A program made the position numbers and the translations under genes. From IMG/VR virus record IMGVR_UViG_3300023208_000399: a stretch of 64,000 nucleotides of DNA; one strand, written 5' to 3'. The notes below the pieces were generated by a model. It was not told the origin of the DNA and did no database searches. It saw nothing but the letters and a program-made list of their open reading frames with translations. Positions 47,251 through 56,264 of the stretch are shown piece after piece. Each line of letters begins with the position of its first letter. The stretch's first letter is position 1. Origin of the DNA: an uncultured virus (IMG/VR IMGVR_UViG_3300023208_000399) (taxonomy: Duplodnaviria > Heunggongvirae > Uroviricota > Caudoviricetes).

Positions 47251-47910
47251 TTAAAGCGAAACCGGCTCGCCCGTGGACCAGTGATCCAGAGTGTCGGCCG
47301 ACGATGACCGCGAATGCAGGATGCCGTTGCTCTTGAGCGGCTTGCCCTTGGCGTCCAGCTTGTCGAACGGTGCCAGCCAGAAGTGGGCGTTCGGCGAATA
47401 GACCATGGCCGTGTTTGCTTCGATGTCGATCCAGACGACGTGCTGATCGTTGTAGGTGGACCCCATGCCCGCGCCGGTGTGCATGAAGACGCCAACAAAG
47501 CCGGAGCCTTGACCGGCCAAAGCCTCGACCACGGCGAGCGTCGCTTCGGAGAACTTCGCCTTCGATTTCTTCGCCGTCTTCACGGCGACATCGTGCGGCC
47601 AGAGCGTCGCCGTCCCTTTCCAGTTCGGACGCTTCCAGTTGGGATGGTCGCCCATGTAGGTTTGCAGTGTGATCTTGTGCCGGAACTTCGGTTCAGGCCC
47701 ATTGTCGAAGACCGTCGCCTCAAGGGCCAAGATCGTCTCCAACGCTGGCAGGGGCGTCACGACCGATGCGCGGACCTTGTGCTGACGGTCGGCGATCCGC
47801 TCGCACCACGCCACGAAGTCAGGGTTCTTGTAGAGAGCAGAGTTGAGAAGGGCATTGTCTTGCCCGAGAAAATCAAGTTCAGCCACGACGGCGGCAAAAG
47901 GGTTGTCCAT
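47251..47910 (-). CDS. Hypothetical protein (219 aa)
   Basis: Long ORF downstream of leader copy 2. Confidence 0.7.
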   Translation of the reverse strand: MDNPFAAVVAELDFLGQDNALLNSALYKNPDFVAWCERIADRQHKVRASVVTPLPALETILALEATVFDNGPEPKFRHKITLQTYMGDHPNWKRPNWKGTATLWPHDVAVKTAKKSKAKFSEATLAVVEALAGQGSGFVGVFMHTGAGMGSTYNDQHVVWIDIEANTAMVYSPNAHFWLAPFDKLDAKGKPLKSNGILHSRSSSADTLDHWSTGEPVSL

Positions 47911-47917
47911 AATAATC

Positions 47918-48078
47918 CAAAAACAAGAGGCCCCACGATGTGCAAGATCGCAGGGCCTTAAGTTTTCGGATTTGGTGATAGAATCGAGTATACGATACTA
48001 TCCATATTTATCCAATATCTAACGGCCCTGTTTGCACGTCTTGCACACGGCGAAACAGGTTATGAAACATATTTAGTC
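47918..48078 (-). promoter_or_regulatory. Structured leader/attenuator, copy 2
   Basis: Loops GTGCAAG and CTTGCAC; last hairpin followed by CTTGTTTTT. Confidence 0.6.
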
Positions 48079-48114
48079 GGATGTGCTGGATGGCCGCCAT
48101 ATATTTCGTAAGTC

Positions 48115-48561
48115 TCATGATGGAATGTCGGCTTGTCGTGCGTGACCCTCAACGGTGTAAGCTCTGAACTCCGACATCTCCTTGCAGAACAGCAGAAGGG
48201 TCTGTGCGAAGTTCATCCCGACCATCCCCTGACTAAATGTCACGCAATAGGTCAGGAAGTAGCCATCAGACATCGGAATAGCCGGGCCGATAAGCTTGAT
48301 TGAATTGTTCCAGTCGTTGGCCAGCCTTAACTGGCCCATTTGCCCGAGGTCGATCTCGCCCATGATGCGGACGTAGTGGCCGTCAGAGCCAATCACGATG
48401 TGAAAGGACACTTCGGATTCAAAGCCCGGATACAAAACGCTGCATCTAACTGCGTTTTGTTTCACCTTGGGGAGATATTCTATGACTGCTGTGATTGCCG
48501 ATCTTCTGGCGATGCTCACGATATAATCGAGCGTCGGTTTGTCTTGAATCTTATCAAGCAT
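48115..48561 (-). CDS. YbjN-like domain protein
   Basis: Size and LANDWN motif; paired with the upstream gene. Confidence 0.5.
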   Translation of the reverse strand: MLDKIQDKPTLDYIVSIARRSAITAVIEYLPKVKQNAVRCSVLYPGFESEVSFHIVIGSDGHYVRIMGEIDLGQMGQLRLANDWNNSIKLIGPAIPMSDGYFLTYCVTFSQGMVGMNFAQTLLLFCKEMSEFRAYTVEGHARQADIPS

Positions 48562-48985
48562 TGCGGGGCACCGCGATGTCAGACCGGTCTAAACCTACAT
48601 GCTGAACGAATAAACCGACGCGCTCTGGCCATCTTTTGGCGATGGCTTGAGCGTTTCGGGTTAACAGACCGCCGGAGGAAATCAGAGCATAGGTCAGCAT
48701 ATATTTGTCCTGACCCTCGATGTAGGACGCGCTACAGAACGCCTTATTGATGTTCCAAGATGCGATTTTGTCGAAATCGACGCCAAGCCTCGCACTCACC
48801 GTGGTCACAAAGGTGTAGGCTTCCGGCGAAACCCCGACGACAAACGTGAGGCCCGCTTCTTGGACCAACAGGTGCGGAGGTGTCGGCCCGCCTGTGCGGA
48901 GGTCGGCAGTCATTCCACCTTTCCGCAAAGCTTGCTGAAAATCGGCAGCGGTTTTGATGATCTTGTTCGGATTGAAAAAGGACAC
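48554..48985 (-). CDS. YbjN-like domain protein
   Basis: IASWN....F..A...L.Y.L...GG pattern. Confidence 0.55.
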   Translation of the reverse strand: MSFFNPNKIIKTAADFQQALRKGGMTADLRTGGPTPPHLLVQEAGLTFVVGVSPEAYTFVTTVSARLGVDFDKIASWNINKAFCSASYIEGQDKYMLTYALISSGGLLTRNAQAIAKRWPERVGLFVQHVGLDRSDIAVPRNA

Positions 48986-48996
48986 GCGCCTTCACC

Positions 48997-49353
48997 TCAC
49001 ATCGTTGCGCCGAGGATTTTCGCGTAGGTCTTGCTATCGACAGTGGCGAGGAACTTCTTGCCGTCTTTCAGGCGGGCCACGAAGGTCACTTCCTTCTTGT
49101 TCCCGCCGAGGATCACTCCGGCCAACAGGCCGACAGGTCCAAGAGCGAGCGCGCCTACTGCGCCCCAGCCAGCCGCTCCCCCGAACTTCTTAACCGAGTC
49201 CTCGGTCGCGACGGCCACCTCCTCGATAAAGCTGCACGGGATGGAGATTTGCCCCCCCCAATTACTGGCCGGATCGGGAAGCGACATTCCGCCAAAAGCA
49301 TAGACTCCATTGCCTTTGCCGAAGTCGCCGCCATGGACCTTCATCGTCGCCAT
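48997..49353 (-). CDS. Prophage glycine-zipper membrane protein
   Basis: GWGAVGALALGPVGLLAG; F.A.LKDG.KFLAT.D. Confidence 0.7.
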   Translation of the reverse strand: MATMKVHGGDFGKGNGVYAFGGMSLPDPASNWGGQISIPCSFIEEVAVATEDSVKKFGGAAGWGAVGALALGPVGLLAGVILGGNKKEVTFVARLKDGKKFLATVDSKTYAKILGATM

Positions 49354-49357
49354 CGCG

Positions 49358-49843
49358 CTACTCCACTTCGTAGGTGTCGTTCGTGACCGGCTCGCCGCCC
49401 ATGAACGTCTGGATGTTGATTGCGGAGCCATCGACCGTGAAGCGGATGGTGTCTTCGTTGCGCCAGCGGCCGGGCTGGCCGTCCTGAACCATGCGCCATT
49501 CCGCCGTGCCCGTGCCGACGCGGCATTCGTTAGTCCAGACCGTGCCGTCGTCGCGCGTGTAGCGGACGCGGTGGATGTCATCCTTGGTCGAGATCACGCG
49601 GATGATTGCCGGATCGCGACCGTTGAGGCTGGCGATGGCGGCGCGGCAGACGCGGCCCTTGTCGGCGTCGGATAGCGAAGCCTGTTCGACGACAGGAGCG
49701 GGCTGGCTGGCTGCGGTTGCTCCCGCCGCATCTGTTGCGGGTGCGTTTCCAGCTTCCTCGGCCGTCATGGCTGACGAAGTGTCGGTCGGATTCCCGCAAG
49801 CAGTCAAAGTCGCCAGCACGGCGAGAGCGATGATTCGTTTCAT
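49358..49843 (-). CDS. Lipoprotein
   Basis: MKR signal peptide, lipobox LTAC. Confidence 0.75.
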   Translation of the reverse strand: MKRIIALAVLATLTACGNPTDTSSAMTAEEAGNAPATDAAGATAASQPAPVVEQASLSDADKGRVCRAAIASLNGRDPAIIRVISTKDDIHRVRYTRDDGTVWTNECRVGTGTAEWRMVQDGQPGRWRNEDTIRFTVDGSAINIQTFMGGEPVTNDTYEVE

Positions 49844-49913
49844 GGTTTCCCCCTATGAGTTCGGATGATTCTAACGCGAGGGTTGCGGGCGGCAAGCCGT
49901 CCGCAATCCAAAG

Positions 49914-51332
49914 TCAGGCGAAGAACTCCGCATCATGGTCGCCCCAAACATGGGCGTAGTCGGCGCGTAGCTCACGCTCCAGAGCCGCCAGCAACATCGC
50001 TTCCGATACCGGGTGCATGTTGTCGCTGCTATCCCAAGCAGGAACCGCAACATCATCGAAATATCCGGCCTCCCAAGCCATCATCGCGGCCCGCTCCAGC
50101 GACACGCCATCGGCCCGGACAAGCTTGCGGCGGAAAGGCGCCTCGCGATGCCAGCGGTCGAGGTCACGGGCCTTTAGCTCCCCGCCATCGTCGCAGATGC
50201 CCCGGAGGCTCAAGAACTCGCAAAGCGACGGGTCGCGTCGGGGATGGAATGGGCGGGAGGCACTAATGCCTCCCCCTGCAAACGCCGTCAGCTTGGACAG
50301 GAACCCGGCGGCGACATCGGTCGAGACCGGCGGACGCTTGGGCGCGACAGGCGGCGTCGGGTCTGTGTCGTCATCGTCTCCATGGGACTCGATTTCCGCC
50401 GCGCTGGAGCCTCCCGACAGGTCAGGGAGATAGATGACGCCATCGGCCATCCAAGGCTGCTCTACGGCCTGTTTTGGGGCCTTATTGGCGAGGTCGAAAA
50501 GGTAGTCACACGCGGCTTGAGCCTTGCTCGCCGCCGTGAAGATCGCGCGCTTGTCCTGACGTAGAACCTTAAGCCATGACGCCAGATAGGACGCATGATC
50601 CTCGCGAGGCTCAACCGCGATCCCAAGGCGAGCCATCGCGAAGGCGGCGCCCATTTCGGCGACCAGTTCCTCAAACGCATACTCCTTATCGCCGAACCGC
50701 TTCCCAAACTGGCGATCAAGCCGGGCCTTGGCTCCGCTCCAGTGCGTCAGTTCATGGGCGAGCGTCGCGTAATAGGCTTCGTGTTCATAGAACGCCTCTA
50801 AAGGCGGCATTTGGACGTGATCGGACTTGGGCGAGAAGAAAGCCTTTGATCCGCCATGCCTGATTTCGGCGCCAGTTCCGACCGCCCATTGATCCGCGAG
50901 CTTGATGCGTTCAGCCGTCGCAGCGACAGGCGCGGCCTCATAGAAGCGTTCGGGCAAATGGTCGATTTGCTCGACGTTGAAAACCGCGTAGCCCTTGGCA
51001 AACAGCCGGGTTTCCTCCTCGCCGGTTTCATCCTCTTTCGAATACGATCCCCAATAGATTACCGGCGACGACTTCTCCCCTTTGCGGACGCATCCCCCAA
51101 CCTCTTTGGCCTGATTGAAGGTCATCCAAGTGTGGTGACGATAGCCCTTCATCTCGGCCGCGCCCCAAAGCAGGGCGACGTTGATCCCGCGATACGCCTC
51201 GCCGTTAGCGCGGGTCGGGATCGCCGGAAGGCCGCACGATCCGGCCTCCCATTGCGGCGCCCAAGGGCGGACCCCGTCTTCCAACATGGCGACGATTGAG
51301 TCCGTGACGGTTTGGTAGATGTCGGCTTTCAT
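49914..51332 (-). CDS. ardC: ArdC-family antirestriction protein (ssDNA-binding + zincin-like) with a C-terminal extension
   Basis: IYQ.VTD.I...LE.G..PW, YRGIN, W.TF.Q, VRKGEK, VFNVEQ, HELTHW, YAFEELVAE. Confidence 0.92.
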   Translation of the reverse strand: MKADIYQTVTDSIVAMLEDGVRPWAPQWEAGSCGLPAIPTRANGEAYRGINVALLWGAAEMKGYRHHTWMTFNQAKEVGGCVRKGEKSSPVIYWGSYSKEDETGEEETRLFAKGYAVFNVEQIDHLPERFYEAAPVAATAERIKLADQWAVGTGAEIRHGGSKAFFSPKSDHVQMPPLEAFYEHEAYYATLAHELTHWSGAKARLDRQFGKRFGDKEYAFEELVAEMGAAFAMARLGIAVEPREDHASYLASWLKVLRQDKRAIFTAASKAQAACDYLFDLANKAPKQAVEQPWMADGVIYLPDLSGGSSAAEIESHGDDDDTDPTPPVAPKRPPVSTDVAAGFLSKLTAFAGGGISASRPFHPRRDPSLCEFLSLRGICDDGGELKARDLDRWHREAPFRRKLVRADGVSLERAAMMAWEAGYFDDVAVPAWDSSDNMHPVSEAMLLAALERELRADYAHVWGDHDAEFFA

Positions 51333-51365
51333 TGTTCTGATCCGTTGATTGCGTTGACGCGGGTA

Positions 51366-51539
51366 TTAGGCTTCGCAGAACAGCCAGCCGTTGACCGACA
51401 GGCGGTCGCCGGTCACGTCGCAGATGGCTTCGAAGGTGGAGTCCAGATCGACATCGGCGCGGACCCAGACAGTCAGGTCATAGTGCCCGCCGGTCAGTTC
51501 GATCAGGCGGGTGAAGTCGCCGGGCAGTTCGGTAAGCAT
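51366..51539 (-). CDS. Small acidic protein (57 aa) upstream of ardC
   Basis: ORF directly behind a TTGACA promoter. Confidence 0.55.
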   Translation of the reverse strand: MLTELPGDFTRLIELTGGHYDLTVWVRADVDLDSTFEAICDVTGDRLSVNGWLFCEA

Positions 51540-51630
51540 TGAGGTCAACCTTTGCGTTGAGTCATTAGATGCCCCAAACGTGCATCGACGAATGGTTGTT
51601 GTCAACGCAAAAAATGTCGTCAACGAAAAA
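51540..51630 (-). promoter_or_regulatory. Promoter of the ardC operon with repeated GTTGA boxes
   Basis: Minus-strand TTGACA-N17-CACGTT; GTCAACG-(C)AAAAAA direct repeat. Confidence 0.55.
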
Positions 51631-52066
51631 AGCGCAGGGTCTAACCCGAATACGATCAGCCCCCATCGTGCGCGCGTTTAGATCACGCGCGAGGATCGTC
51701 GCTCGATGTGCTGGAGCATTGGGCCTGACGATCAGGCCCGGCCCTGTGTGCCCTGTCTTACGGGAACGAGGGCAAGCGATCTCAAGCGGTTAGCGAGAGA
51801 GTAGGGCAGACCGTGCCGGAAATCGTGCCAAGGCATCGCGTCGGAATCAGAAACGAGGCTCCCCGCGCATCGCCTATACCGTCCCGCGCTGGCCAGCGTT
51901 GGGCCTGACGGTCCCCGGACGATACCCACACGGGGGGGGCTGACAGTTGCGGACCACGCTTATTCCCCACTTCGGATGCGTGACCCAAATTTCAATCCGG
52001 GTCATAACTCTCATTGTCCTGTTAAGCTCTCGACAGGCACGACCCCCGAAACTTATAATCACGCCA

Positions 52067-52282
52067 ATGAAGAACCTTTTGGCAAACATTAAAAGCGGAT
52101 CGCCGATCTTCGATGTCGAGGTCTTCGGCGAGGGATTCGTTATTGTCCCAAAACGGGGGCAGGAAGCGGAGTTCGCCAAGATGATTGATGAACTGACGTT
52201 TCATCAAAGCGATGAATACGCCATCTTCCCCATCACTGACGGCAAGTTAGGCTACGAACGCGCTACGGTAATGCCACTCTGA
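52067..52282 (+). CDS. Small unknown-family protein, paralogue 1
   Basis: TCGACA-N18-TATAAT 7 nt upstream (leaderless); aligns with paralogues 2-4. Confidence 0.75.
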   Translation: MKNLLANIKSGSPIFDVEVFGEGFVIVPKRGQEAEFAKMIDELTFHQSDEYAIFPITDGKLGYERATVMPL

Positions 52283-52393
52283 CTGTGCCGGATCGAGCGG
52301 CTCGCATTGCGCGAGGGCCTTTCGCATTAGCTGAATCTTTAAGGATCGGCTGGTTATCCACGAGTATCGAGAGTGTCGCGTTGTTGGGTGCCG

Positions 52394-52627
52394 ATGATTA
52401 ACTTACTTGAATCCATTGGAAAAGGTTCGGTAATATTTGAAGCTCAGCCACTTGGAAAGTGCTGGGTAATCTCTCCGAAGGATGGTCAGGAGAGTGCCTT
52501 TGTAAAATTTGTAGACGAGCTTACTGTCGGTCACTGTGATAAGGTGGTTGCGCAGCCCGTCACTGATGCGCTCGGGAGGTATGTTCGTGCTGTGGTCGCT
52601 CCATTCGAAACTGAAGCGTCATCGTGA
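52394..52627 (+). CDS. Small unknown-family protein, paralogue 2
   Basis: Aligns with paralogue 1. Confidence 0.7.
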   Translation: MINLLESIGKGSVIFEAQPLGKCWVISPKDGQESAFVKFVDELTVGHCDKVVAQPVTDALGRYVRAVVAPFETEASS

Positions 52628-52658
52628 GCGAACCGAGCTAAATGGATAATCAGTTAAT

Positions 52659-52889
52659 CTACTCTGGTTTGATGTAGTCATCGGGTGGGATAGGCTTGCC
52701 CCTGACGACCATGACGTTAGGGTCAGCTTTCAAAGCCATCAAATTCCAGTAGACTGCCTTCCCAAGCAGCTTAGCCCGGCAAAATAAATTTTTTTCAAGA
52801 AGGGCTTCGCGGATAAAGCCATCTACTTTGCGTATATACTCGCGTTTAATCTTGTCGTCGTCGCTATTCACCGCGTTTCGCTCCACCAA
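52659..52889 (-). CDS. Hypothetical protein
   Basis: ORF downstream of the receiver gene; start uncertain. Confidence 0.45.
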   Translation of the reverse strand: MVERNAVNSDDDKIKREYIRKVDGFIREALLEKNLFCRAKLLGKAVYWNLMALKADPNVMVVRGKPIPPDDYIKPE

Positions 52890-52934
52890 TAGGTGCGAGC
52901 ATATGCGCTATAGTCGCGACAGAAGCGGGTCGGT

Positions 52935-53342
52935 TCAAGGCCGTTGAGGGAAGGTTTGGCTAAGCTGGCTTTGAGCATTTAGTAGGAACGCTACCGCGTT
53001 TGTGATTTGTGCAGAAACGAATGGCTTCTCGATGAGAATGCTATCGGGGACGCCCTGTGCCCGCCACTCATTAGCACTGTCGCCAGTCACATACACGACG
53101 GGCAAAGTGCCGTTCATTTCCCGCGCTGATCTGGCGACATCCCAACCTGTTGCCGCGCTTCCAAGGTTTACATCTGTAATCAGAGCGCGGCATTCGGCGC
53201 CGCAGGTGTCGAAAAGGGCTTTTGCTTCGATTGCCGAGCAAGCCGTCTTAAAAACAAAACCCCCGTCTTCGAGCGCATGTTCGAGTGTCATCATCACAAG
53301 TGGATCGTCGTCAACGACGAAAACACAAACAACTTCGGTCAT
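52935..53342 (-). CDS. Single-domain response regulator (receiver)
   Basis: VVDDD, ITDVNLG, YVTG, EKPF; all phospho-site residues present. Confidence 0.9.
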   Translation of the reverse strand: MTEVVCVFVVDDDPLVMMTLEHALEDGGFVFKTACSAIEAKALFDTCGAECRALITDVNLGSAATGWDVARSAREMNGTLPVVYVTGDSANEWRAQGVPDSILIEKPFVSAQITNAVAFLLNAQSQLSQTFPQRP

Positions 53343-53367
53343 GACAACTCCATTCGGAACCTGCCAT

Positions 53368-53392
53368 AACGCAAAAGTGCCTCGGCAGTTTC
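53368..53392 (-). promoter_or_regulatory. EcfG/sigmaT-like promoter
   Basis: GAAAC-N16-CGTT upstream of the receiver gene. Confidence 0.5.
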
Positions 53393-53478
53393 GCGATGTG
53401 TCTCGGAATACCGAGCGCGTCATTAACCTACGTTAAAACAACGCCTTGCAATCGAGGCCCGCGACGATCAGGCCAAGC

Positions 53479-53709
53479 CTATTCGTCGAAGGGGAGAATA
53501 TATGCGCGCTCATATAATCGTTCTGTGCCTTCCGTCATCCGGGTGGCAAAAACCGCGTAAGATGGGTCTGGATCGTTGATAGCGTCTCGAACGAGCATCG
53601 AGAAATCGGATAAGCGGTCAGGCTTGGCTATAATACCAAAACCGTCCCCGCCCGGCTCGACGGAGTGTATCTCTGACGGGTTGCGAAGGCGCGATAATAA
53701 GCCGATCAT
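53479..53709 (-). CDS. Small unknown-family protein, paralogue 3
   Basis: VEPGGDGF...F..LVRD...YERA.ILP. Confidence 0.7.
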   Translation of the reverse strand: MIGLLSRLRNPSEIHSVEPGGDGFGIIAKPDRLSDFSMLVRDAINDPDPSYAVFATRMTEGTERLYERAYILPFDE

Positions 53710-53852
53710 AGGTAGTTTCCTCTCAGAAAGACTACGACTATGGAGACTGAACCAAAGTGCGGCGATACTGTTAGCATATCGAGTGGTAGCTAACAAATGG
53801 TCTCACATCTTCATGCTTACGACCCCGCTCCTACGAGCCGGGAACAACATGT

Positions 53853-54191
53853 TTAGCGCGTCAGGAACTGTCGAAGCATAGCTGCGACAGCATCGCTCTG
53901 CTTCTGATTCAACTGCGACCACAGTTTCAAAATGGCTCGTTCCGAGGGTGATTGCCCTGTTAAGACGGGATCGCCGTAGAGGTCGGCTACGCTGCATCTC
54001 AAAGCACCTGCGACTTGCAACAGCGTTGAAGCAGCAACTCGATTTGCTCCGCGCTCATATTTCTGAACTTGCTGGAACGAGACGCCAATAGCCTCCCCAA
54101 GTTCTGACTGAGTAAGGCCCAGAGCTACGCGCCGGTCGCGTATTGTTTTGCCGATTTGAGTATCGACAGGCGAAAGGGTGATGCGAGACAT
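53853..54191 (-). CDS. XRE-family transcriptional regulator
   Basis: GLTQSELGEAIGVSFQQVQKYERGANRV. Confidence 0.9.
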   Translation of the reverse strand: MSRITLSPVDTQIGKTIRDRRVALGLTQSELGEAIGVSFQQVQKYERGANRVAASTLLQVAGALRCSVADLYGDPVLTGQSPSERAILKLWSQLNQKQSDAVAAMLRQFLTR

Positions 54192-54354
54192 GATCCGTAT
54201 GTATGCCGATTCCAGCACTAAAGTCGCTGCATTCGATACCTTGGCATATTGGTCGCAGCAACTTCGAAAGCTTTCGTCACAAGCGTAGTGGCGAATTGGC
54301 GATTGATATGGGACTGGAATTTTTGGCCAACCTGAAGCTTTAATGGCCGCCGTT

Positions 54355-54573
54355 ATGGGACGCTTGCTTGAACGCCTTAAGGCGGGTTCAACCGCCTACA
54401 ACGTGGAGCCGACCGGCGACGGCGGATTCATACTCGTTCGCGACAACGAACATGCGGAAGAGTTCACGAACCTTGTTCGCGATCTCATCAATCGGCCTAC
54501 CGACGAGTTCGTCATTCTGCCGACCAGTGACGGCCATATGGGCTATGAGCGAGCGGTGATCCTGCCTCTTTAG
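54355..54573 (+). CDS. Small unknown-family protein, paralogue 4
   Basis: VEPTGDGGF...F..LVRD...GYERAVILPL. Confidence 0.75.
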   Translation: MGRLLERLKAGSTAYNVEPTGDGGFILVRDNEHAEEFTNLVRDLINRPTDEFVILPTSDGHMGYERAVILPL

Positions 54574-54623
54574 GTGACGTTCTGGCCGGGCATTAGTCGG
54601 ATCGCCGCTGACTAAATATCAGC

Positions 54624-55142
54624 ATGATCCTTTCCATTCTGACAGGCGGCATCGACCTGCCGAAACTGAACACGCGCGTCCTGAATCTCGACACGCAACA
54701 CGCGACCACCATGAGCCTTCTGTCCAATACGGTCGCTGCGATTTACGGAGCGCGAGGCATCGTGGGGAAGGAGGATCGCCAGTTCGGCGACCCCTACGAG
54801 ACGCGGTATGAGTCCTTGAGCGACCGTCTGGACGCCATTGAAAACCTCATCGCCAGCCGCGCCCTCGCCGAAGATGTCGAGACGCTTCGTCTGAAGCTCA
54901 ATCGACTGGATGGTGAGATCGGGAACTGCACGTTCGGCGATATGCCGATGCGAGAGGATGGCTTCACGCCGTTCGGCCTCTCGGGTTTCGTGTCTGGCCT
55001 CGCGGCCGAAGTCGCCCAGCTTAAAGCGTCCAACGCGGTCTTGCATGTGAGCGTCGATGCCCTGTCCGCGAAGGTCGAGGCCCTGACGGCTGCGAAGCTG
55101 TCGGAAGTGAAGGCTCGCAAGGCTCCGAAGAAATCAGGCTGA
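54624..55142 (+). CDS. Hypothetical coiled-coil protein
   Basis: ORF 5 nt after GACTAAATA. Confidence 0.6.
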   Translation: MILSILTGGIDLPKLNTRVLNLDTQHATTMSLLSNTVAAIYGARGIVGKEDRQFGDPYETRYESLSDRLDAIENLIASRALAEDVETLRLKLNRLDGEIGNCTFGDMPMREDGFTPFGLSGFVSGLAAEVAQLKASNAVLHVSVDALSAKVEALTAAKLSEVKARKAPKKSG

Positions 55143-55625
55143 CCGGCTGGCGCGCTTCCGTTCAAGAAGCGAGACCGCTCTCTCGATCTCGTGCATTCCG
55201 GCGTTTCGATGCTCAACAAGATCGAGGCGCAGTCGTATGATGTCGTTGTCCAATTCCTGAAGCGTCTGGCCGGGAGTGTTTGATCGGGCGACTGCGGCCA
55301 GCGCATAGTCGCGGATCGCCTTGATGCGGCGCGGCTCTTTCTGGTCTTCCTCATCCATTTCGGCGCCAGCACGGGCGATGTCGGTCTCAAGGGCCTGACG
55401 GTAATGGCGCGCGCTGTCAGCGTCCCACGACCGTCCTTGGAAGGTCATCAGACCGAGTTCGTTCAGGTGCTTGGCGAAGGCCGCGTTGGACAGGTCGCGA
55501 CGAGGATTTCCGAGCTTTTCGAGAATGGCTTCGCGAAATAGAGCGTTGAGTTCCGGCGAGTTCGGAACAGGTTTTCGTTTGGCGCGGAGGCGGCGAGCCT
55601 CTCTCCAATGTTGTTCTAAATCCAT
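55134..55625 (-). CDS. Protein with a recombinase-type DNA-binding helix motif
   Basis: FAKHLNELGLMTFQGRSW motif; no catalytic domain seen. Confidence 0.55.
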   Translation of the reverse strand: MDLEQHWREARRLRAKRKPVPNSPELNALFREAILEKLGNPRRDLSNAAFAKHLNELGLMTFQGRSWDADSARHYRQALETDIARAGAEMDEEDQKEPRRIKAIRDYALAAVARSNTPGQTLQELDNDIIRLRLDLVEHRNAGMHEIERAVSLLERKRASRSA

Positions 55626-55668
55626 GACCGCTCGCCTGAAATACCAATCATAACATGAGTTTGCTTGC

Positions 55669-55684
55669 TTAATGCGACGTTAAC
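55669..55684. promoter_or_regulatory. CtrA-binding box
   Basis: TTAA-TGCGACG-TTAAC in a divergent intergenic region. Confidence 0.65.
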
Positions 55685-55748
55685 CCGGCCAATTTCGGGA
55701 GGGTGAGTTTTAATCTGGTCATACGTCCACTCGAACGGAGACCCGACT

Positions 55749-56261
55749 TTGACGACCTACTACGAACCCGTGCCCGAAAATCAGTTCGCTTCAGGCTTTA
55801 AGCCGAACAGCTACCACCAAGGCATCATCAACCAGATCATTTTCGAGCGTATGGCGGCCATCGCGGCGGTCGCGTTCGACTGGTCCGAAGAGGCCATGAT
55901 CTATCATCAAAGCTCCGGCTTCGGGATGGGTGATGTCCTCACGGTCTACCGCAATGCGTTCAAGGGCAAGCGCGGATACAGCGTGTCCAAATGGGAAGCC
56001 TACAAAGACCCTAACCCTGCCTGTGAGTTCAACACGCGCTTCACCGTGAAGGTTGAGGGTGACGGCTGGTGGACCCGACTTGTCGTCGTCTCGGTCGTCG
56101 AATTCGGTGAGAGCTATGACGACGACGAGGATGAAATTCGTCTGTCTGACCATCTTCAAGCGGTGGCGATCTTCTGCGGCATGAACGCCGACGACGCTGA
56201 CGCCTTCGGCAAGATGGCCCGGTGGTGGACGACCGTGAACCCTTCGAAAGCGGAGGGCTGA
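55749..56261 (+). CDS. Hypothetical protein
   Basis: GGAG RBS + TTG start. Confidence 0.65.
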   Translation: MTTYYEPVPENQFASGFKPNSYHQGIINQIIFERMAAIAAVAFDWSEEAMIYHQSSGFGMGDVLTVYRNAFKGKRGYSVSKWEAYKDPNPACEFNTRFTVKVEGDGWWTRLVVVSVVEFGESYDDDEDEIRLSDHLQAVAIFCGMNADDADAFGKMARWWTTVNPSKAEG

Positions 56262-56264
56262 AAC

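Noticed and set aside
46133..48078. Hairpin pairs as IS200/IS605 or REP ends
   Set aside because: No HUH transposase nearby; orientation with promoter motif, U-tract and start codon fits an RNA leader better
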